64,000 bases of DNA, taken from the sequence record NZ_CP092111.1; one strand, written 5' to 3'. Position 1 is the first letter of the stretch, and each line of letters starts with the position of its first letter. Position numbers and translations under genes: made by a program. The DNA is from a plasmid. Below are positions 1 through 8,778 of the stretch, in pieces. The notes beneath the pieces were generated by a model that was given only the letters and a program-made list of their open reading frames with translations, ran no database searches and had not been told where the DNA came from.

Positions 1-151
1 CATCAGTACCTTTTAATCCATTTAAAATTTTTAAAAAGCGAAAATAAGATAACAAAACATCTTCTATTTCTTCCACATTGTCCAAGGTCAGTTTTTGAAT
101 TATTTTTCCCATCTCCGAAACGGCTTCTTGAGCCATAGCTTGTTTGTTCAT
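1..151 (-). CDS. N-terminal 50 codons of a paralog-family protein; gene runs off the left edge (partial)
   Basis: Reverse complement gives ATG at 149-151 then MNKQAMAQEAVSEMGKIIQKLTLDNVEEIEDVLLSYFRF..., near-identical to the N-terminus of the 13255-14283 protein (MNRQNIAQEAVCEMGKIIQKLTLDNVEEIEGEL...). RBS-like AGAGGGGA lies upstream on the - strand. Confidence 0.6.
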   Translation of the reverse strand, partial: MNKQAMAQEAVSEMGKIIQKLTLDNVEEIEDVLLSYFRFLKILNGLKGTD

Positions 152-261
152 AAACATCCCCTCTAATCTAATTGATTTATCTATTATATTAAGAATACCG
201 TATTGGTTATTAGGTGCGGTACCTTATTCAGGAATGAACAGAAAAGAAAGTTTTTAAAAAC

Positions 262-369
262 ATTTAATTATTAGTTCCTAAATGTTATAATTAATGACGA
301 AAGGAGGGAAACAGCCGGCATAAATGCGCAGCAATCAAAATTTCACACAAAGGAGAGAAGGAATATCTC
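262..369 (+). promoter_or_regulatory. Repeated promoter+leader cassette, copy 1 (extended -10 TGTTATAAT, GAAAGGAGG box, conserved leader ...CCGGCATAAATGCGCAGCAATCAAAATTTCACACAAAGGAGA) ahead of the methyltransferase gene
   Basis: Near-identical cassette also at 2051-2189 and 4777-4909. Contains TTAGTTCCTAAATGTTATAAT and a conserved ~45-nt 3' leader that ends at the RBS. Confidence 0.55.
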
Positions 370-2025
370 ATGGAGATAAAATATAAAGTTTTACACCTTT
401 TTTGCGGGATTGGCGGTGGCGCATTAGGATTTGACAATGCAAAAGGGGAATATAGAGGGGTTAAGGGCAAATTTGAAACTATTTGTGGCATTGATGTAGA
501 TCCTGAAGCATGCGAAGATTTTCGAAATTTAACCGGGCGAAGAATTGAAAAAATGGATCTCTTCGATAGAGAACAATATATACAATTTCATGGACAGGAG
601 CCCCCAGCTGGGTGGAAAGAGGTTACTCCAAAAATGTTAAGGGATACGGTGCATGAGATACCGGACGTTGTGTTTACAAGTCCGCCGTGTAAAGGATTTA
701 GTGGCCTGCTTCCTGAGAAGTCCGCAAAAACACAAAAATACCAGGCGTTAAACAAATTAACAGTCAGAAGTATCAAGCTAACGCTAGAGGCTTTTCAGGA
801 CGATTTGCCGGCGCTTATCCTACTTGAAAATGTTCCCCGTATTGTGAGCCGCGGAAGAGCATTGCTGCGTGAAATTAAACAGCAACTAGAGTTTTTTGGC
901 TATGTAATTAATGAAGACAAAGATAATTACCATGATTGCGGGGAAATAGGTGGGCTGGCGCAACACAGAAAAAGATTCTTATTGATTGCCAGAAATCCAA
1001 ATAAATTAGATTCATTTGTTTATCAGCCTCCCAAACAACCAATGAAAACAATAGGTGATGTAATTGGTCCGTTGCCTTTGCCTGGAGACAAACGATTTGG
1101 CAAGATTCATGCTTTGCCAAATTTGCAATGGAAAACATGGGTGCGTCTTGCCCTTATTCCGGCTGGCGGCGACTGGCGGGATTTAGAAAAAATAGATTGG
1201 AAAAAGTACCGAATTGGATATTTACCAAGAGCCGGCTGTGGTAAAGTAGCTGAATGGGATAAACCATGTGGAACTATAACCGGGGCCGCAGGTGTAAGTC
1301 AAAGTAATAGCACAACTGCAATATCAGATCCGCGGACAGGGTTTAAGTTATCGACTCATCAGGCAATATACAGGGTTCAAAAATGGGAAGATGCTGGCCG
1401 CACTGTTACCGGGGCTATGAGGCCCAATAATGGCGCTTTATGTGTAAATGATCCGCGGTTGCCTATAAGAAAAAATCGGCATGCTGCCGTTTATCAAGTG
1501 GTTAAATGGGAGCAAACGGGGCCTTGTGTGACGGGAACAAGATTTGGGAGTGGAGCTCCCGCAATTTCCGATCCGCGGTTGGATTGTAAGCCCCGAGCTG
1601 GTACGATGGGGGTTCAACGGTGGGATAAACCTTCAAAAACCGTTACCGGGGCAAACGATGTTCATGCAGGAACTTCAGCCGTCGCAGATCCGCGCATTCC
1701 GGAAGATAATGAGACGGGTGTATTTATTATCATATCTGAAGATGGAACGTGGCACAGGCCACTAACAACCTTAGAACTTGCTGTTTTACAAGGACTCCCT
1801 ACGACCTTACCAGACGGAAGACCTCTTATTCTTGCAGGGAAAAGTGATGCAAGATGGAGGGAAAGGATCGGGAATATGGTTCCGGTAGCTGCCGCACAAG
1901 CAATCGCAGAAACCATGCTTAGAACCATGCTTGCTCAAGAAGTAGGCGAATGGCTTATGTCAGCTGAAGATATTTGGGTTGTTCCTCTGAAAAGAGAAAA
2001 TGAAGTTTCTTTTCGGCAATCTTAG
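370..2025 (+). CDS. DNA (cytosine-5)-methyltransferase, orphan, with four tandem ~40-aa repeats in the target-recognition region
   Basis: Motif I FCGIGGG, PC motif SPPCKGFS, ENV motif LLENVP, motif VIII QHRKRF, motif IX RPLTTLELAVLQGLP, motif X IGNMVPV. Between VIII and IX there are four periodic units (W[ED]K/xxxTVTG...DPR; the nt repeat GATCCGCGG recurs at ~120-nt spacing, 1250-1700). No restriction-endonuclease partner is adjacent. Confidence 0.85.
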   Translation: MEIKYKVLHLFCGIGGGALGFDNAKGEYRGVKGKFETICGIDVDPEACEDFRNLTGRRIEKMDLFDREQYIQFHGQEPPAGWKEVTPKMLRDTVHEIPDVVFTSPPCKGFSGLLPEKSAKTQKYQALNKLTVRSIKLTLEAFQDDLPALILLENVPRIVSRGRALLREIKQQLEFFGYVINEDKDNYHDCGEIGGLAQHRKRFLLIARNPNKLDSFVYQPPKQPMKTIGDVIGPLPLPGDKRFGKIHALPNLQWKTWVRLALIPAGGDWRDLEKIDWKKYRIGYLPRAGCGKVAEWDKPCGTITGAAGVSQSNSTTAISDPRTGFKLSTHQAIYRVQKWEDAGRTVTGAMRPNNGALCVNDPRLPIRKNRHAAVYQVVKWEQTGPCVTGTRFGSGAPAISDPRLDCKPRAGTMGVQRWDKPSKTVTGANDVHAGTSAVADPRIPEDNETGVFIIISEDGTWHRPLTTLELAVLQGLPTTLPDGRPLILAGKSDARWRERIGNMVPVAAAQAIAETMLRTMLAQEVGEWLMSAEDIWVVPLKRENEVSFRQS

Positions 2026-2050
2026 AGGGTAGTCAAATCGAAATTTTCAA

Positions 2051-2189
2051 AAAAAATATATTGAATTATTAGTTTTCAATTGTTATAATAAAAACGAAAG
2101 GAGGAAAGAAAAAACTGGATCAGCTGGTAAATAAAAATCAGCCGGCATAAAGCGTAGCAATCAAAATTTCATACAAAAGGAGATTTAAA
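2051..2189 (+). promoter_or_regulatory. Repeated promoter+leader cassette, copy 2
   Basis: TTGAAT-N17-TGTTATAAT, then AAACGAAAGGAGG and the leader ...CAGCCGGCATAAAGCGTAGCAATCAAAATTTCATACAAAAGGAGA directly before the ATG at 2190. Confidence 0.55.
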
Positions 2190-2537
2190 ATGGAAAAGGT
2201 CAAGGTGACAGAAATCCAGTTAACAAGGCTAGAAGGTAGGTTTGTTACGGAGGAAGATAAGGTGGCCGTAGATACTTGGGAAAAGGCAGAACGAGTTCTA
2301 AGAGCGTGGGCTCTTACGGCTCCGAGAAATGGCGCTTATGACAAGGTGAATTTTCATATTAAGTGGGAAGATGGCCATGAATACTCAGGACGTTTTAATT
2401 TGAAAGCGCAGCATTACAATTTGCGTAAGATCCCGCATTTAGCCAACCATGTAAGACGGGATCTCTGGTATTTATTTGAACAATTAGAGCTAGAAGAAGC
2501 GAAGGAAATGCTGGATAAAAGCCAAATTGGAGCATAA
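2190..2537 (+). CDS. hypothetical protein (115 aa)
   Basis: ORF directly downstream of cassette copy 2, with RBS AAAAGGAGA. No recognisable motif. Confidence 0.5.
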   Translation: MEKVKVTEIQLTRLEGRFVTEEDKVAVDTWEKAERVLRAWALTAPRNGAYDKVNFHIKWEDGHEYSGRFNLKAQHYNLRKIPHLANHVRRDLWYLFEQLELEEAKEMLDKSQIGA

Positions 2538-2601
2538 GAGGGATACCCCTCTTTGCTCTCCTCAATCTTTAAAAAGGTTAAAAATAATTGGAGGGATTAA
2601 G

Positions 2602-2979
2602 ATGGAAATGACAAACCAAGAAAAACTTGATTTAATTAACAGCCTGGAGATCGTTGACGTTGATATGGACTGTGAAGGACTTATATATGCTCATGTTGAA
2701 TATTCTCCTGAAAACCTTGCTATATTGGGAAAAGTAGTTCCCAATGTAGAGGATTATTTGGACGATTATGGAGACCCAGAACATGAAGGGGAAGTATTTG
2801 ATATTTCATGGGCCGCGTTTGAATATGCAAAAGCTGATACTTTTCAACGTGAGCAAGGAAAATTCGCGATTTTTTCAAAAGAGGAAGTCATGGATATGTA
2901 TGTGGAAGAACGAGAGAAGCGCCTAAATTTAGAAAGTCGATATCAAAAATTGAAGCGTCAAATTGAGGCTGTTGGGTAA
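2602..2979 (+). CDS. small highly acidic protein (125 aa); possible DNA-mimic/anti-restriction type (speculative)
   Basis: RBS GGAGGG 6 nt before the ATG at 2602. Very D/E-rich sequence (DVDMDCEGL..., EDYLDDYGDPEHEGE). Sits in the leading-region-like block next to the orphan MTase. Confidence 0.45.
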   Translation: MEMTNQEKLDLINSLEIVDVDMDCEGLIYAHVEYSPENLAILGKVVPNVEDYLDDYGDPEHEGEVFDISWAAFEYAKADTFQREQGKFAIFSKEEVMDMYVEEREKRLNLESRYQKLKRQIEAVG

Positions 2980-3064
2980 AAGTTTACCAGCCGCGGATTA
3001 TGGAGTTTTAACCTCATGTAAGGAGGAGAATGAGTGACGATTTACCGTTCTGAGAGGTGTCAGG

Positions 3065-3523
3065 ATGAAGCACATCATAAAGTCATTGGAGAAGGCCTAT
3101 AGGCTATACAAACAGCCGCATAAGATTGGCGATCTCATAGAATTTCAACAAAAACAATGGATTATTATAGGCATTGAAGCTGTTTCGATTGACTTAAATA
3201 AACTGAGGGTTATTTACACAGTTCAAAACGCCGAAGAGGTATACGCGTATCAGCCACCTATTTCAGACAGCGGGAAAACAGTCGAGATAATAGCTCGAGT
3301 TAGAACCGGAAAAGAGGCTATTTTAGAAAAAATACAGGTTGGTCGCTTAGTTTGGATTGATAATAAGCCATATCAATCGGTTGGGTTTATAGATATAGAT
3401 ATTGAATTCACTGATGTTGTCATTACGTTTCTAGGGCGACCAGTTCGCCCTATTCCGATAAAGGAAGTAAGGGCAAAGGTGCTAAACGAGCGAAAGAAAA
3501 AGCTGAATTTACAAGTCTTGTAG
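3065..3523 (+). CDS. hypothetical protein (152 aa)
   Basis: ORF with AGGTG RBS region. No recognisable motif. Confidence 0.45.
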   Translation: MKHIIKSLEKAYRLYKQPHKIGDLIEFQQKQWIIIGIEAVSIDLNKLRVIYTVQNAEEVYAYQPPISDSGKTVEIIARVRTGKEAILEKIQVGRLVWIDNKPYQSVGFIDIDIEFTDVVITFLGRPVRPIPIKEVRAKVLNERKKKLNLQVL

Positions 3524-3607
3524 GGATGGTCGGTCGAAACGTAGGGGACTTCAGGTGGTTGATCATTTGAAATATGAGAATTACTATGTCATATCAGGAG
3601 GAAATTT

Positions 3608-4288
3608 ATGGCCAGGTTTGCTTTACATCCTAAAACAAATGAAAAAATATCTATAGAGGATTGGGAGTTATATCATAAAGAGGAAACACCCATATGCATT
3701 ATTTGTGGACATAATTTATATGTTAGAGCAAACAGTTCCCCTGGTTCTTCAGCTCACTTTGCTCACTATCCTGGATCTAATTGTCCATCAATTCAATATA
3801 ATCGAGAAAAATATGATAGTCTCCAGCCGGTTGAAAAAGACTATCAGAATGCTAAAAAGTTAAAAAAGCATTTGATCAATAACATGTGGCCAGTTTATCA
3901 AAAATGCAAAAGCATATTTGGTCAAGGGTTTAGACAAAAAGATTTTCAAAAAATGATTTTAAAAGCGTCTGAAAGAAGTATTTGGTTCTATAAAGGTATG
4001 ACACTAAAATATTTACCGTATGTTCTGTTAGTAAACTATGGTGTTTTTCAAAAAGAGGACCATCGAAAAAATAAAGTTTATTTTGTATTTGATTCTAAAC
4101 TATCAAACTATGAAGATCTGTGGATTAAGCCAAAAATAAAACAAAAAATGTGGAAGGTATACCCAGAGGAAGGTCAAATTGAGGAAGTCGAGATTGATTT
4201 CGATACTTCTTCTTTGTCACCTGAATATTTTTTGTTTTGGGCCACAGGTTTACAAGGAAAAAAAGAAAATGAATTCTTAGATTGGTAG
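3608..4288 (+). CDS. CoiA-like (competence protein CoiA N-terminal zinc-finger type) family protein
   Basis: N-terminal CIICGHNLYVRANSSPGSSAHFAHYPGSNC matches the CoiA-like CxxC...HFAH...C signature. RBS AGGAGG upstream. Confidence 0.5.
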   Translation: MARFALHPKTNEKISIEDWELYHKEETPICIICGHNLYVRANSSPGSSAHFAHYPGSNCPSIQYNREKYDSLQPVEKDYQNAKKLKKHLINNMWPVYQKCKSIFGQGFRQKDFQKMILKASERSIWFYKGMTLKYLPYVLLVNYGVFQKEDHRKNKVYFVFDSKLSNYEDLWIKPKIKQKMWKVYPEEGQIEEVEIDFDTSSLSPEYFLFWATGLQGKKENEFLDW

Positions 4289-4303
4289 CTAAGGAGGTGA
4301 AAA

Positions 4304-4495
4304 ATGTTAGTGGATGAATATATCAGCTTTTTAGAAAAAGCCAAAGAAAATGCACATGGAATGAGTGCTTATCGGATATTCAGCGATTTAAAAATGGCCA
4401 AAGAACTTCAATCCAAAGGACAAAAGGAGCTTCTAGTGATTGATCCAAAAAAAGAAATCGCGGCGGTCTTTTCTCCGATTAACAAAAATCGATAA
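4304..4495 (+). CDS. hypothetical small protein (63 aa)
   Basis: RBS AAGGAGGTG 7 nt upstream of the ATG. Confidence 0.4.
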   Translation: MLVDEYISFLEKAKENAHGMSAYRIFSDLKMAKELQSKGQKELLVIDPKKEIAAVFSPINKNR

Positions 4496-4499
4496 CACT

Positions 4500-4770
4500 T
4501 TGCATTTACGGCCGACTATAAGAGCGTAATAGAAGATGGATTGAAACCGGCCCCGCCGCGTGCGTCAGCAGCAGGAACAATCTGGCGGGATCCCGGCGAT
4601 CGCTGAAAAAACGCGAGGCGTTCATGGCCGTATACAGAAGCGTGGTAGCTGAAGATGAACGGAAACCGGTGCTGATCGGAGAGGAGCCGGTTTTTTATGG
4701 CCAGGAATGCTCTGCCGCGGTCGTCAGCAGCAGGGTGTTCCCCGCCGTTTCAGAGAAAAGATTTTTAAAA
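4500..4770. repeat. GC-rich composite hairpin repeat locus (B-type subfamily), ~1.2 units
   Basis: ~65 % GC block in AT-rich surroundings. Shares GATCGCTGAAAAAACGCGAGGCGTTCATGG...GAAGCGTGGTAGCTGAAGATGAACGG...GCCGGTTTTTTATGGCCAGGAA with the loci at 11105-11450 and 11935-12300. Confidence 0.7.
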
Positions 4771-4776
4771 AAACCT

Positions 4777-4909
4777 ATTGAAATATTAGTTTCTAATTGT
4801 TATAATGTAATCAAGGAAGGGAGGTAAGAACAAAAACGGTTAGCTTGGTAAATCAAACTACCGGCATACGCGTAGCGATCAAAATTTCACACAAAAGGAG
4901 ACATGTCGA
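4777..4909 (+). promoter_or_regulatory. Repeated promoter+leader cassette, copy 3 (ahead of radC-like)
   Basis: ATTGAAATATTAGTTTCTAATTGTTATAAT, then GGAAGGGAGG and the leader ...CCGGCATACGCGTAGCGATCAAAATTTCACACAAAAGGAGA before the ATG at 4910. Confidence 0.55.
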
Positions 4910-5359
4910 ATGGAACCTATTTTCGAAATTATCAGCCTCAAACAAGAAAAAAAAGAATCAGATTTGATAGGAGCTTTTGAACAGGTTGTAGATGCTGAAG
5001 CCCTTGCGAACGTGGTTAAATACTACATCCAGAATGAAGATCGTGAGGTTTTCTTAGTTATCATTTATAACAACAAGTTGAGAATAACAGCAATTCATCG
5101 ATGCAGCATTGGGGCGCTAAATGCGGCGATTGTTACTCCGAGAGAAGTGTTTAAAGCAGCGATATTGAACAATGCGGCAGCGATTGCAGTAGCTCACAAC
5201 CACCCCAGTTCTGATCCTACAGCAAGCAAGGAGGATATCGAAGTAACAAAGCGGCTTCACCAAGCCGGGGACATCCTCGGCATTGAATTGCTGGATCATA
5301 TCATTGTAGCTGCACACACTGACCGATACGTAAGCCTTAGAGAAAAAGGGATAATATAA
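4910..5359 (+). CDS. radC: RadC-like JAB-domain protein (copy 1)
   Basis: JAB/MPN signature HNHPSSDPTASKEDIEVTKRL...ELLDHIIV. Paralog at 42208-42663. Confidence 0.8.
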   Translation: MEPIFEIISLKQEKKESDLIGAFEQVVDAEALANVVKYYIQNEDREVFLVIIYNNKLRITAIHRCSIGALNAAIVTPREVFKAAILNNAAAIAVAHNHPSSDPTASKEDIEVTKRLHQAGDILGIELLDHIIVAAHTDRYVSLREKGII

Positions 5360-5361
5360 AA

Positions 5362-5384
5362 GAAGGGGGGCTCCCCCCCCTTCT
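5362..5384. terminator. G/C-perfect hairpin immediately after radC-like stop
   Basis: GAAGGGGGGCTCCCCCCCCTTC. No T-tract on + strand but TTTT follows on the - strand reading; possibly bidirectional or a stabiliser hairpin. Confidence 0.35.
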
Positions 5385-5525
5385 GCAAAAGAAAAAAATG
5401 ATAAAGAGCAGCAAAATTGAATTTCGTTTCCTGAATTCGAATAAGAAAACCTTTTGAATAGGGGCTACTTCCTGTATAATTGATATGCACCTTCGTTTTG
5501 TGTGAACGATGGTTGCTACGCGAAG

Positions 5526-5557
5526 GCCCCGACTGATCCTCGGGGCTGTTTTTTTGT
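5526..5557 (+). terminator. rho-independent terminator
   Basis: GCCCCGA-ctgatcc-TCGGGGC followed by TGTTTTTTT. Confidence 0.65.
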
Positions 5558-5609
5558 CCTCATATTGAAAAATGTGCTTTTTAAAACAAAAAAAGGGAGA
5601 TGTTTTTAA

Positions 5610-5996
5610 ATGGAATTTCAATATTTGAGTCGAGAGCATAAGCAGGATTTTCTTGAAATGAGGCGGAATATTCCTGAATATTACCGTTTTAATAAGGAGT
5701 TTCTATCGGTGCTTTATTTAATCTCAGGAAATGAGGAATTAAAACAGAAAGTTGAGCCTTATTTTAATGGGAACAGCGGTATGTTTGATACGGAAAAAAT
5801 GTTTGAAGAGCAAGATTTTTCAGCGGGATTAAGCATATTGGCAAAACTGGCCGTCAATCTATTCAATGCAAATGAAAAAATTAATCCGTTGCAGCTTATG
5901 ATTCTGGATGATGAAAATTTTGAGTTAGCTATGAATGCGATTATATTAAGAAGACAAGGAATTTCAACAGAATATAAATTAAGTCAAAAAAATTAG
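5610..5996 (+). CDS. hypothetical protein (128 aa)
   Basis: ORF with RBS AAAGGGAGA. Confidence 0.45.
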   Translation: MEFQYLSREHKQDFLEMRRNIPEYYRFNKEFLSVLYLISGNEELKQKVEPYFNGNSGMFDTEKMFEEQDFSAGLSILAKLAVNLFNANEKINPLQLMILDDENFELAMNAIILRRQGISTEYKLSQKN

Positions 5997-6001
5997 TGTA
6001 G

Positions 6002-6781
6002 GTGAATGATTTGAAAGGCATCTTTTTATTATCCGTTTCTTTATTTGAAGGGCAGCTTCAGGAGGCCCAAAATGTAGCACAATCATCCGGAGGTCTGGGC
6101 GCAGATCTTAGCCACTTCATCATGTTTGAATACAAGTTACCTAGTTCATTGGAGCCGATCCTTTCAAAATCGGATAATGATGTGTTATCAGCTGAACAAC
6201 TTAGAATCAGTATAGAAGCGAGGGATCACCTTGACTCTATAATTGATAAACTCAAAAAGGAATATCCAAGATCGAGGGAAAGCTATGGTTTGAATCGCTC
6301 TTCTCTTATGAGGGATATTCTCAAGCAATTTATTTTAAAGCGACAAGATCTCGAAAAGAGGGAGGTTCACCATTCGTCTTTTTCGTTCGAAGCAGATAAG
6401 ATTTCGTTTTTGCAAAGTGTTCTCCCATTCAAGGAGAGAGATCGGACTATTGAGCACTTTATTCTTAATTCTTATGCCCCCTCTGAAACAGAACCTCCAG
6501 AGTCTCACAAGCCAAAGAACATGAGCCAGATAAGAATAAAAATGGATGTGAGAGCATTTGAAAAGCTGGATAATATTGTTGACCAGTTTAAAGGAAAAGG
6601 TCTGACGAGAGCAGATGTAATGCGTCATGTTGTTGATCAACTTATAAAAGAATTATCTACTACGGACAATGTTAAAGCCTTTACGGAGGAAAAATTAGAT
6701 GAGGCTGTCCGGAACTTCAGAGAGGTACACGGGGCAGATAGACTAAAGGAAAAATTAACTGAATATGACAGACGGCAATAA
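6002..6781 (+). CDS. hypothetical protein (259 aa) with two ribbon-helix-helix-like segments
   Basis: GTG start. Segments RSRESYGLNRSSLMRDILKQFI and GLTRADVMRHVVDQLIKEL resemble RHH/CopG-type DNA-binding motifs (weak). Confidence 0.4.
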   Translation: MNDLKGIFLLSVSLFEGQLQEAQNVAQSSGGLGADLSHFIMFEYKLPSSLEPILSKSDNDVLSAEQLRISIEARDHLDSIIDKLKKEYPRSRESYGLNRSSLMRDILKQFILKRQDLEKREVHHSSFSFEADKISFLQSVLPFKERDRTIEHFILNSYAPSETEPPESHKPKNMSQIRIKMDVRAFEKLDNIVDQFKGKGLTRADVMRHVVDQLIKELSTTDNVKAFTEEKLDEAVRNFREVHGADRLKEKLTEYDRRQ

Positions 6782-6822
6782 GTAAGCAGCTTTCCGGATC
6801 CAGCTATGGAAAGGAGCCTTTT

Positions 6823-7035
6823 ATGAATATGTGTGGAATAACTGACTGGGGAAGTGCATTTTATGCTTTCGTTGAGACGACTCAAAAGCATAATTTACCC
6901 TTCCCGGAGGATGCAGCTGATTGGAGTACGGCCAAGTTGATAGCCGAAATAGAGAGGATAAACAAGGGGGAGATGGGGTTGTTAAAGAGATCCAGGCGAC
7001 TGAGGCAATCCAACAGGAAGGAGAGAAAAGCATAA
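6823..7035 (+). CDS. hypothetical small protein (70 aa)
   Basis: RBS GGAAAGGAG upstream. Confidence 0.4.
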   Translation: MNMCGITDWGSAFYAFVETTQKHNLPFPEDAADWSTAKLIAEIERINKGEMGLLKRSRRLRQSNRKERKA

Positions 7036-7036
7036 A

Positions 7037-7492
7037 ATGAAAAAGTTACTTACTGCTGTATGCACTCTTCTTCTAATTTCAATTGGAGCTTATGTAACTG
7101 GAAATTCGCCAATAGATTTACTATCGCATCACCAAAACACAACTGCAGCTGAAGAAAATTCAACCTCATATGATCAAAAGATCTATTTTCCTGCTGATAA
7201 GTACCCTGAAACCGCTAAACACATAAAAACGGCCATTAAAGAAGGCCATTCGAAAATCTGTACAATTGATCGAGATGGTGCCGATGAAAACCGCGAGGAA
7301 TCTTTGAAGGATGTCCCAACCAAAAAAGGGTATGATCGTGATGAATGGCCAATGGCAATGTGTCAGGAGGGCGGAGCCGGTGCCGATATTGAATACATAG
7401 AGCCATCAGATAACCGCGGGGCGGGATCCTGGGTTTCTCATCAGTTAGATGATTTTCCAGACGGAACTAGAGTATTATTTGTTGTGAAATAG
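7037..7492 (+). CDS. secreted NucA/NucB-family DNase (copy 1)
   Basis: Signal peptide, then [101 protein letters not shown]. The B. subtilis NucA/NucB sequence as I recall it has the same pattern. Confidence 0.8.
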   Translation: MKKLLTAVCTLLLISIGAYVTGNSPIDLLSHHQNTTAAEENSTSYDQKIYFPADKYPETAKHIKTAIKEGHSKICTIDRDGADENREESLKDVPTKKGYDRDEWPMAMCQEGGAGADIEYIEPSDNRGAGSWVSHQLDDFPDGTRVLFVVK

Positions 7493-7611
7493 ATGGAAGA
7501 GCAGCTGCTGGCATTTTATTTCGTTCGTGAGTGATCAAAGATCGGAAGATGGCCATAATTTCTTGTTCGTGTTTGTTGAATCCAGAATCACTAAAAACAA
7601 AGGAGATGCTT

Positions 7612-8778
7612 ATGGAATTTATAAAGAGCCTCTTATTCATCGTCTATGCGATCTTGCTACATGTGTATTCAAAAGATTCAGCCAGCAAACTTCAACGGCA
7701 TGTCTATAATTTTTTCATCCTTGTCGCTATTGTATGGTTGATTACCTTTAGTTTTTTTCCGTATTGGAAAATGGTTATTACTTTTAGTTTTTTGGTCGTT
7801 AATATCTATGCAGTCAAGACAATATTAACAAAAATCAAAACTGGGAAATTTGTTGCCCCACCGGCTTGGATTCCCTTGATGACAGTCGCTGGCATTTGTA
7901 CAGCAGGCATCATTATTCCAAGTTGGGAATCAACGCTAGTCACTGTGGCGTTTGGTGTTTTTCTATTCAGCATTCTTATCGTTTTAGAAAAGGTGCAGCA
8001 GCAGAATGAGATTTACGAAAATCGAAAATCCACTTCCGAGCTAAATGACCGGGAAAAAATAGTAGAACGGATTAAAAAAGAAAACATCATCCTTGAGCAA
8101 AAAAATTCTCATTCACCTAATCTTTATACTTTTGTTCATGAAATAAATGTGGCTGACAACAGTGTACTTCGCAACTATATTATTGAGCCCCTTCATCCAG
8201 AAACCAGCATCAATAGACAAGCACATTCCTTAGCGCATGAGTTAGGGCATTATTATAACTCCATCGAGAGAAAACGTTCCTTCCATAGTTTTATTTTAGA
8301 TTGTCGTAAAGCGAAAAGACTGAAACCGATTTGCGGATTATTTGTTTTATACGATGAATGGAGTGCCTGGAATCGCGCAAAGCAAATCTGCCTTGAAGAA
8401 GGTGTAGACATTAGCTTTTTTCATTTTTCGAGAAAAACAGCTTTTTCAACTTATGTTAAAGCATACTGGGAGTCCATCATAAGGCCATTTAAAACATTGA
8501 TAGGTACGTATATTTTTAGCGTGGCAATCGTGCTGTTTTCTGTGTTGCTAACTGACGCAGACATTCACCTTCCTTTTAAATTAGATGCTTTGACAAATTC
8601 TATTGCAATTACAACTGATAGGACAGGAGCAGTAAATTTCATTTTCTTCATCATCATGCAGATTCGCTTTTTGAGATGGGTGTTTGGACTGTTTTTTAAA
8701 AAATCTGTTACAGACTATCAATATGCACCAGAAGATGGTTTTGTAACAACGGGAAATGCAAAAAAGATTAAGGACTAA
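7612..8778 (+). CDS. polytopic membrane protein (~388 aa), unknown function
   Basis: RBS AAAGGAG 6 nt before the ATG at 7612. At least 6 hydrophobic helices. Contains an HELGH stretch. Confidence 0.5.
   Translation: MEFIKSLLFIVYAILLHVYSKDSASKLQRHVYNFFILVAIVWLITFSFFPYWKMVITFSFLVVNIYAVKTILTKIKTGKFVAPPAWIPLMTVAGICTAGIIIPSWESTLVTVAFGVFLFSILIVLEKVQQQNEIYENRKSTSELNDREKIVERIKKENIILEQKNSHSPNLYTFVHEINVADNSVLRNYIIEPLHPETSINRQAHSLAHELGHYYNSIERKRSFHSFILDCRKAKRLKPICGLFVLYDEWSAWNRAKQICLEEGVDISFFHFSRKTAFSTYVKAYWESIIRPFKTLIGTYIFSVAIVLFSVLLTDADIHLPFKLDALTNSIAITTDRTGAVNFIFFIIMQIRFLRWVFGLFFKKSVTDYQYAPEDGFVTTGNAKKIKD

Noticed and set aside
588-1928. Several 60-90-aa antisense ORFs inside the methyltransferase gene (588-776, 908-1138, 1662-1928) and similar antisense ORFs inside T4SS genes (23907-24188, 29244-29519, 30410-30655, 32622-32822, 34275-34657)
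   Set aside because: They are fully embedded in well-supported genes on the opposite strand and have no RBS, which is the typical pattern for random ORFs in AT-rich DNA.
5117-5639. - strand ORFs overlapping the radC 3' end and terminator region
   Set aside because: They span two terminator hairpins and the radC coding sequence in antisense. Not credible.
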